This document shows, one piece after another, positions 44,416-50,306 of a DNA stretch of 50,306 bases (position 1 is its first letter; the number at the start of each line of letters is the position of its first letter). The stretch is from contig CAYVIL010000003.1 of the NCBI GenBank assembly GCA_964451675.1, positions 7,585-57,890 on the forward strand, read 5' to 3'. The translations under genes were made by a program, and so were the position numbers. The notes under the pieces were generated by a model. It searched no databases. It saw only the letters and a program-made list of their open reading frames with translations, and was not told the origin of the DNA. The DNA comes from an uncultured Candidatus Saccharibacteria bacterium. GTDB taxonomy: Bacteria > Patescibacteriota > WWE3 > JAUXAW01 > CAYREW01.

Positions 44416-45228
44416 ATGAAAAATGAAAATAATAAAAAGCAAATTTTCCTTGCCTTAGTGCTTCTCCTGTTGTTCTCAGCCTCAATAGCAGGTATAAATA
44501 CACTAACAAACTACCCATCTTTAAGAGTTAAAAATTATCAGATCTTTCCTTACAACTATTCAATAAGCATAATTAACAACTCCAAGTACAGCAGCATTTA
44601 CAAAATATCGCCATACGATGACATAATTACTTTTAAATCGGGCTATTGGAGAGCAGTGATAACAGAAAAAGAAAATTTAACTAACAAAGCTGCTAAAAAA
44701 CAACTTAGTAACTGGTTTTACAGGACGTTCCAAAACCTTCTTTCAGTATTTAATAAAGCAAATATAACTTTTATTACAGACGGCGATTTTAAAGTAGATT
44801 ACAAAATACTCAAGAACAGCACCGGTTTTACAGTAGAACGGAGCATAGCAGGTTTGGACCAAAAAGCGCTTAAACTGACCAAAACATTTTTGTTTAGCAC
44901 AGAAAGTTTAGTATTTGATTCTAAAGGAACAGTACACTTCAAGCCTATTCAGGATAAGAATTTTGAAAAAGTACCTTTACAGAAAAACATAAACAGTCTA
45001 GAAAACAAGAAAGTCTGCTACATTGTGGTAACAGAGCTGGACGCACCCGGTGCTGTTCTTATACCAATAAGAGACGGGGAGCAGTGGGAAATTTCAGAAA
45101 AACTCAAGAATATACAGATAGATGAACCTGTTAAAACTGGGATAGATATTCTTCAATCAAAACAAAAAATAATCCTCTACAACTCAATAAACGAATTTTT
45201 TGCAAGCAAGGATAAAATATGTTTTTAA
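44416..45228 (+). CDS. Hypothetical N-terminally anchored extracytoplasmic protein
   Basis: N-terminal hydrophobic anchor IFLALVLLLLFSASIAG. Asn/Lys/Ser-rich, no family recognised. Its end overlaps the next gene by 10 nt. Confidence 0.5.
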   Translation: MKNENNKKQIFLALVLLLLFSASIAGINTLTNYPSLRVKNYQIFPYNYSISIINNSKYSSIYKISPYDDIITFKSGYWRAVITEKENLTNKAAKKQLSNWFYRTFQNLLSVFNKANITFITDGDFKVDYKILKNSTGFTVERSIAGLDQKALKLTKTFLFSTESLVFDSKGTVHFKPIQDKNFEKVPLQKNINSLENKKVCYIVVTELDAPGAVLIPIRDGEQWEISEKLKNIQIDEPVKTGIDILQSKQKIILYNSINEFFASKDKICF

Positions 45229-46817
45229 ACATTGATAGTACAAATACCAATAAACTTTTGACCTTTGCCCTGTTTTTTTTCCTCTGTCTGTTAGCTTTCG
45301 CAATTTGGAAGTGGGACACACCTTACCCACTAAATGTGAACTGGGATATTTACGGGCACCAGACACTAGTAAACGAAATAGCAAATGGGAATATTAAACT
45401 GTTGAACAGCCAGATATCAGATACTTTTACTTTTAACGGGTACAGCCCGCTATTCCACATTCTCATTGCTTTACTGCAATCTGTTTTTAATTTTAACCCC
45501 TTAGGATTCTGGTGGTTTGCTGAATTTTTCTTCTACTTTGCTACTGTACTCGCATGCTGGTATTTAGCCTTAACTGCAACAGGAAACAAAACTGCCAGTA
45601 TTCTTGCCGGAATTGCAGGAGCTTTTGCTTTTGAATCATATATGGTTTATTCCCCTCTCTTTTTACTGCCCCAAAACCTCTCTGCCCTATTAGGTGTCTG
45701 CTCCCTAATAACCATTATCAAAAGCAGGAGGAAAGATAATAATTTACAAATTGGGAAAATTGCTCTGCTCTGCACAGGTGCAGTTCTCATCCACTTTATA
45801 ATTGGCGCTCTAGCAGTAATTCTCCAAATTGCCTACATTATTCTAACCAGCAAAAAAATCAAAGAAAAAGTAGTTGACTATTTAACTCCTGCAGTTTTGA
45901 TACTTGCAATAATTACTGTTGTTTTAAGCTACACAGTGCTTGATTTCAACATTATTAACACAGCAGAAAGTACGCATTTTAACCTCAACCTGAAAAGAAA
46001 ACTCGAGGTGACAGCTAACTGGTACGGATACGCTATGCTTGTCTTTGCCCCATTAGCCGCTGTTTACTTTTCTACCAGGAATAAGATAGAAAAAGCGATA
46101 CTGCCGATTTTTATTATTAATTTAGCTATTGCTATTGCTAAAATACCCTATTCGCTGAAATTTTATGCTTTTGGACGGTACTTGTTTATTTACACTCTTG
46201 CCGCTTCTGTAGGCTACTTTATTAATAAAATCAAGAGTAACTGCCTGAAGACTAGTCTTATTTCTATTTTCAGCATTGCGTTCTTGCTCACCTTTACACT
46301 CAACCAAGCTAACTACAAGGGTGTTCTAAAGTACCGCCAACTAAGCACACAGGTTGCTCCAAACGAAATTAAAGCTGCAAATTGGTTAGCAGACAACTAC
46401 AAAGAGAAAGAAAAGTTACTTATAGTCAGTGAGCCTGCAACCCAGGGTATTTTTGAAGCAATGACAGGTATAAATACCCAAGGCGGAGTCTATGCTAACA
46501 CTGCTACACGTTCGTATGTAGACAGCATTTACCCTATCACAGCGGACTCAAATATCGCAAATGCTGTGTTCTCTATAGAAGACACTGTAGAAAAAGAAGA
46601 CCCAAACACTGTCCTGCTAATCTTAAGCGGGCGATTCTTCGCCTGGCAGGAAGTAAACCAAAATAAAAAACAAGCAACATATTTCAACATCTGGAGACCG
46701 TGTGACATCTCACCATTAGACAAACTATATATTGATGAACTAAATAGTAGAAACGGCCTGAAAAAAACTTTTCAAAACAGTACAGTAGCAATATTAGAAG
46801 TAAGAAAATCTAACTAA
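45219..46817 (+). CDS. Polytopic membrane protein with a C-terminal soluble domain; GT-C-like glycosyltransferase architecture (tentative)
   Basis: About 10-11 predicted TM helices, then an approximately 170-aa hydrophilic domain. An acidic/aromatic first loop (NVNWDIYGH). Neighboured by GT2 and GT4 genes. The function is inferred from architecture only. Confidence 0.4.
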   Translation: MFLNIDSTNTNKLLTFALFFFLCLLAFAIWKWDTPYPLNVNWDIYGHQTLVNEIANGNIKLLNSQISDTFTFNGYSPLFHILIALLQSVFNFNPLGFWWFAEFFFYFATVLACWYLALTATGNKTASILAGIAGAFAFESYMVYSPLFLLPQNLSALLGVCSLITIIKSRRKDNNLQIGKIALLCTGAVLIHFIIGALAVILQIAYIILTSKKIKEKVVDYLTPAVLILAIITVVLSYTVLDFNIINTAESTHFNLNLKRKLEVTANWYGYAMLVFAPLAAVYFSTRNKIEKAILPIFIINLAIAIAKIPYSLKFYAFGRYLFIYTLAASVGYFINKIKSNCLKTSLISIFSIAFLLTFTLNQANYKGVLKYRQLSTQVAPNEIKAANWLADNYKEKEKLLIVSEPATQGIFEAMTGINTQGGVYANTATRSYVDSIYPITADSNIANAVFSIEDTVEKEDPNTVLLILSGRFFAWQEVNQNKKQATYFNIWRPCDISPLDKLYIDELNSRNGLKKTFQNSTVAILEVRKSN

Positions 46818-47985
46818 CCGCATCGCTCAATACCTCCAGATAGAATTCCCTACTGACCACACTCCAATCAAAAAACTTCCGAACATAAACTTGAGCGGAA
46901 TTTGCCATTTTAACAGCTTCTTCCGGATGATCCAAATACCAAAGGAGAGCTTTTTCCATACTGTCTACACTGTTCGATTCAAGCAGCATACCGGTATTAC
47001 CATCCTGGATTATTTCACCGGTAGATCCAACATCTGTTGCAATCACAAAACAACCCGCCGCGGCCGCCTCTAAAACGGCGCGCGGTAACCCTTCATTAAA
47101 AGATGGATTCACAAAAATATCTGTCATTGCGAGCAAATCCCGAACCTCTTCGGGATCTAACAAGCCGGTGAAAAAAACTCTATTTTGAAGGCCATCTTTG
47201 CTAACTTTATCCTCCAGAGATTTCTGTAAATCCCCAACTCCCGCAAATACTAAGTTTACAGAGGAATCCTTAGTAGAAGTTACACCTTTAAAAGCTTCAT
47301 ACATTAGATCTACGCCTTTCGCCCAAATCAACCTTCCCACAAAAGCTACCAACACTTCATTATCATCAATATGTCTGCCAATATTGGGTATTATCCTGGC
47401 ACTGGTGATTTTCCCGGCAAATTGTGCTGTATCAAGCCCCCCGTAAATTAAGGTGAGATTCTTGATACCCAACCGTTCTTGATAGAAGTATTTTGTCGCA
47501 GAACTAATTACAACCACCTTACTGTAAAACCGCACAAAAAAAGGCGCCAGCGTACGATCTACAATGCGGGCTACAATCTCAACCAGACTGCTAGAATGAT
47601 GAACAAAATCAGCACCGTGACCAATAAAAATGCTTTTTGCACCAACCAATTTTGCATAAAGCCAAACCCACCAGCATGTATCAAATATTCTGGTTTGCGT
47701 TAAGACATGGGAATATTTATTTTTGGAAAGCTTAAACAGTGTTTTTATCAGGGGTATTAGCTTAGGAACAACAAACTGTCCGGGAATAATCTTTAAACAA
47801 GGAACGCGATAAATGTCTAAACCTTTGTATTTTTCGAACTCCGGCGCTTTATCTGTGTTATAGCATAACCCATCCACTTCAAGTTGAGGGGAGTTTGACA
47901 CTAAATGGGAAAGCAAACCTTCAGCATAAAGTTCTGTACCACCTCTATGCGGGTGAAAAAAAGGAGTAATAAAAAGAAGTCGCAT
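46810..47985 (-). CDS. Glycosyltransferase family 4 (GT-B fold)
   Basis: NPSFNEGLPRAVLEAAAAGCFVIATDVGSTGEII (E-X7-E region). 391 aa. Confidence 0.85.
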   Translation of the reverse strand: MRLLFITPFFHPHRGGTELYAEGLLSHLVSNSPQLEVDGLCYNTDKAPEFEKYKGLDIYRVPCLKIIPGQFVVPKLIPLIKTLFKLSKNKYSHVLTQTRIFDTCWWVWLYAKLVGAKSIFIGHGADFVHHSSSLVEIVARIVDRTLAPFFVRFYSKVVVISSATKYFYQERLGIKNLTLIYGGLDTAQFAGKITSARIIPNIGRHIDDNEVLVAFVGRLIWAKGVDLMYEAFKGVTSTKDSSVNLVFAGVGDLQKSLEDKVSKDGLQNRVFFTGLLDPEEVRDLLAMTDIFVNPSFNEGLPRAVLEAAAAGCFVIATDVGSTGEIIQDGNTGMLLESNSVDSMEKALLWYLDHPEEAVKMANSAQVYVRKFFDWSVVSREFYLEVLSDAVS

Positions 47986-47994
47986 TAATTAATT

Positions 47995-48735
47995 TTAACG
48001 GGTAGCCAGCTGTGCCCACAAGCTCTTCCCAAAAACAACAGACCGCAGCTGGCGCAACTTGTAAACCGCAATAAACAAAGCATGTTCCAAAGCTGTACGC
48101 CATAAAATCTGCTTACTCTTATCCGATGCCCTCACTGTAGCTAATATCGACTGCTCTGCAAACCTTATATGTGGACTCAGAAAAGCAAACAACTTAATCT
48201 CGGGAGAGAAATTCCAGCCTCCCTGCTGCACCTTTAGGAGAGGCACAATAGAACGATTAATAACCCACATCCCTGTTAGAATATCGCTTATACCTACACC
48301 AAATAGGAAACGCACTTCCAAGCTCAACAACCAGATACCGACGCGACGAATCTGGGACTGTATTTTCCCAGAGGCAGCTTGGTCACGAGCACAATTTAAA
48401 AAATCAACTTCGTTGTTCACCGCGTAACCCACTAACTCTTCAATTCTTGAAACCGGATGCTCACCATCAGCATCAACTGTCACAATATAATCTCCGCTAG
48501 CATAATAAATACCAGCCATAAGGGCATATCCATACCCAATTCCGTTTACGTGTTGCTGTTCATTAAGAACAATAGCACCGGCATCCCTAGCTAACCGCGC
48601 TGTGTTATCTGTAGAAGCGTTATCAACAACAATAACCTCATCCACCACACCTGGTATGGCTTTTATAGTATCTACTATCCCCCTCCCTTCGTTCTTAGCT
48701 GGTATAACAACTGATACTATTTTATTACTAATCAT
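47995..48735 (-). CDS. Glycosyltransferase family 2, polyprenyl-phosphate sugar synthase-like (GtrB/DPM1-like)
   Basis: VSVVIPAKNEG, VVDNASTDNT and TVDADGEH (DxD region), plus hydrophobic C-terminal helices. Confidence 0.8.
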   Translation of the reverse strand: MISNKIVSVVIPAKNEGRGIVDTIKAIPGVVDEVIVVDNASTDNTARLARDAGAIVLNEQQHVNGIGYGYALMAGIYYASGDYIVTVDADGEHPVSRIEELVGYAVNNEVDFLNCARDQAASGKIQSQIRRVGIWLLSLEVRFLFGVGISDILTGMWVINRSIVPLLKVQQGGWNFSPEIKLFAFLSPHIRFAEQSILATVRASDKSKQILWRTALEHALFIAVYKLRQLRSVVFGKSLWAQLATR

Positions 48736-48829
48736 TTTAAACCCTTTATCAGCTTGTACTTTCTGCAGATCATTTTCTTTTTGACCGAATAGAATAACAC
48801 GTATGAAGGCGCCCTGTCAAGTTTATAGG

Positions 48830-48858
48830 TTGACATACCACCAAAGATATTGTATTAT
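48830..48858 (+). promoter_or_regulatory. Near-consensus sigma70-type promoter for the right-edge secreted-protein gene
   Basis: TTGACA (48830-48835), a 17-nt spacer, then TATTAT (48853-48858). The AAGGAGAG SD at 48921-48928 precedes the ATG at 48936. Confidence 0.55.
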
Positions 48859-48882
48859 GTAGAGCGGTATAAACCGCAACCG

Positions 48883-48906
48883 TAAGTAACAGTCTAAGTA
48901 ACAGTC
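48883..48906. repeat. Perfect tandem duplication of a 12-mer (TAAGTAACAGTC x2) in the 5' leader
   Basis: Read directly: 48883-48894 equals 48895-48906. Confidence 0.85.
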
Positions 48907-48935
48907 AGAGTAGAATAGAAAAGGAGAGCGGCACC

Positions 48936-50306
48936 ATGAAAAGTAGGCTAAAATTTCCGGTAGTAATGGGAATAGCTGCACTTGGTATAGCTACGCTTTT
49001 TGGCATTCTAATCGCCAGCGCGCAAACACCGCCTTACGTGGAAGTCCAGCAGGATTTAATGTTCCCAGAGATCCCCGCAAAAGAAGTTACAGAGGATCTA
49101 AATGGCAACTTGTGCTGGGCAGCCCCGTTCCAAACCACAGATTCCATAACTCCGGTTGAATGCACGCGCTGGGCAGGCCCTGGCCACGTTTGGGCAAGGT
49201 TTACACCGGATCAAATTGAAATGGCGCGCGGAGCTGCTGATGGAGTGGCATTGTGGCCCACCGGCCCTTTCACCATCACTTACTCAGACGGTGTGGAACA
49301 GGTTTGTAGCTCTGCAGTAATAACTGCTTCACACTACCATTTGGAAATCCCGAGTGGCGTTGAGGTTGGCGAAGGTCCCCTGTGGGGGGGCGATAGCCCA
49401 GACTGCACCTACATACCACAGAAGCCCACAGAACCAGGCGTGGAGGTGGCAGTACACGGCACTACACCGGCAACTTTACAGTTGCTGGTTGACGGCAACT
49501 TGGAATGGGAAGGTACAGCTAATAACTCGGATGCGCTGTCCATCCCAATCCGAAACCCTTATAACAACTGGGTCCAGATCAGTACAGCAGTCCACTCCCC
49601 TGCGGGAAGGACTGAGCAAACCCATGGTTATAAGTGGGTTGAAGAAACACAACCGTACCCGGAGATCAGCAACTTTGAGGTCTTTCCCACCAGCGGTGAA
49701 GAGCCTTTGGAGGTTACTGCCACTGCAAAAATAACCGGCACCCCTCCCCTGGTAGTAATTGACTGGGGGGACCAGAGCGATATCAGCACTATTGCTGAAC
49801 CGGAAGGGGCAGTGACAGAGACCAACGTGTTCAGCGAAGGTACCTTCACAGTCAAGGGGTGGACAGTGGACCAGTATGGGATCAATAGCACCCCGGTAAC
49901 GAAAACGGTCACTGTAACAAGCACTACACCGCCAAGCCCTCCGGGTGGCGATGATGACGAAGAATACGTCATTTATCTGCCACTTGCTATCAAGGCAGAA
50001 CAGCCTGAACCGCCAACGGTAAGCTTATCCGGTGGTAACGTGCTGTTCTTCCCGGAAAAGCCGGTGCAAGAAACGACCAAAGACATGGACGGAAATCCTT
50101 GCCTAGCTGCACCCTACATTTCCGAAAGCTCAACAGCACCTGACTCCTGCACCCATTGGACAGGAACCGCGGAAGTCTGGGCAGAATGGACACAGGACCA
50201 GATCGACATGGCGCAGGGAGATGCTAAAGGCGTAGCACTGTGGGGTTCGGGTCAGTTCACCGTCACGTACGGAGACGGGACTGAAAAGATCTGTGGCTCG
50301 GCACTG
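48936..50306 (+). CDS. Secreted multidomain protein (partial; runs off the right edge): signal peptide, Cys/Trp-rich module, Ig-like region, PKD-like domain, second copy of the module
   Basis: Absent from the ORF track because it has no stop in the window. Hand translation is open for 457 codons from the ATG at 48936. Signal peptide MKSRLKFPVVMGIAALGIATLFGILIASAQ. PKD-like FEVFPTSGEEPLEVTATAKITGTPPLVVIDWGDQSD...GTFTVKGWTVDQYG. Confidence 0.75.
   Translation, partial: MKSRLKFPVVMGIAALGIATLFGILIASAQTPPYVEVQQDLMFPEIPAKEVTEDLNGNLCWAAPFQTTDSITPVECTRWAGPGHVWARFTPDQIEMARGAADGVALWPTGPFTITYSDGVEQVCSSAVITASHYHLEIPSGVEVGEGPLWGGDSPDCTYIPQKPTEPGVEVAVHGTTPATLQLLVDGNLEWEGTANNSDALSIPIRNPYNNWVQISTAVHSPAGRTEQTHGYKWVEETQPYPEISNFEVFPTSGEEPLEVTATAKITGTPPLVVIDWGDQSDISTIAEPEGAVTETNVFSEGTFTVKGWTVDQYGINSTPVTKTVTVTSTTPPSPPGGDDDEEYVIYLPLAIKAEQPEPPTVSLSGGNVLFFPEKPVQETTKDMDGNPCLAAPYISESSTAPDSCTHWTGTAEVWAEWTQDQIDMAQGDAKGVALWGSGQFTVTYGDGTEKICGSAL
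49038..49319 (+). repeat. Copy A of the duplicated coding module of about 95 aa (3 conserved Cys, conserved Trp)
   Basis: LMFPEIPAKEVTEDLNGNLCWAAP...ECTRWAGPGHVWARFTPDQIEMARGAADGVALW...FTITYSDGVEQVCSSAV. Confidence 0.8.
50016..50306 (+). repeat. Copy B of the same coding module (truncated by the window edge)
   Basis: LFFPEKPVQETTKDMDGNPCLAAP...SCTHWTGTAEVWAEWTQDQIDMAQGDAKGVALW...FTVTYGDGTEKICGSAL. 47 of 88 positions are identical to copy A in an ungapped hand alignment. Confidence 0.8.

Noticed and set aside
48883-48906. The tandem 12-mer as a possible CRISPR or minisatellite array.
   Set aside because: There are only two adjacent copies with no spacers, which is far too short for a CRISPR repeat. 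It is listed as a simple tandem duplication.
49354-50193. Track ORFs 49354-49734 (+), 49628-49972 (-) and 49990-50193 (-).
   Set aside because: They overlap the long open frame that starts at 48936 and carries a signal peptide, a PKD-like domain and a duplicated module. Such alternative-frame ORFs are expected in a GC-richer gene.
1-50306. Mobile elements, prophage, toxin-antitoxin, restriction-modification or CRISPR-Cas defence loci.
   Set aside because: I found no transposase, integrase, recombinase, Cas or restriction-methylase motif in any frame of the track, and no terminal inverted repeats or repeat-spacer arrays.

Overview
The window looks like a 50.3 kb chromosomal segment of a low-GC bacterium with a reduced genome. 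My inference is Patescibacteria/CPR-like, based on compact housekeeping operons with many overlapping stop/start codons, shortened housekeeping proteins and no rplA at the L11-L10 locus.

Supported content, left to right:
- recR (edge-truncated), dnaX, a small orphan, a yqeY-like gene, rpsU and a HIT protein.
- proS-rseP-frr-tsf-rpsB, then topA and dprA.
- mrdA-mreD-mreC-mreB, rpmB and an M50 protease.
- An inverted block of tRNA-Trp, rpmG, tRNA-Thr, tRNA-Tyr and tRNA-Thr.
- A 554-nt ORF-free gap holding a GC-rich structured RNA on the minus strand.
- secE (59 aa, missed by the ORF track), nusG, rplK, rplJ and rplL.
- A minus-strand alpha-glucan cluster: glgA, two GH57 paralogs, a kinase-fold protein and an alpha-glucan phosphorylase.
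- A GT4 gene coupled to a second mreB, a PEGA protein, tRNA-Arg, a sortase and argS.
- A DNA-uptake cluster: comEA, a PaaX-like regulator, and comEC split into two coupled ORFs.
- leuS, tRNA-Ala, a LysM/M23 peptidase and rho.
- An envelope cluster: a DUF11 surface protein with an LPVSG sorting signal, an anchored orphan, a GT-C-like membrane protein, a GT4 and a GT2.
- A more GC-rich, edge-truncated gene for a secreted protein with a duplicated Cys/Trp-rich module and a PKD-like domain.

I saw no CRISPR array, transposase, integrase or rRNA. Several track ORFs begin at TTG/GTG extensions, and I trimmed these to internal ATG starts where a family-typical N-terminus or a Shine-Dalgarno sequence supports it.

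The most interesting items are:
- the orphan 6S-like structured RNA (18338-18532);
- the S2 protein carrying an RpoA-alphaCTD-like domain;
- the GH57-UVR fusion and kinase in the glucan cluster;
- the GT2 plus GT-C envelope glycosylation module;
- the duplicated-module secreted protein at the right edge.

All family calls rest on motifs read by eye. No database search was run.
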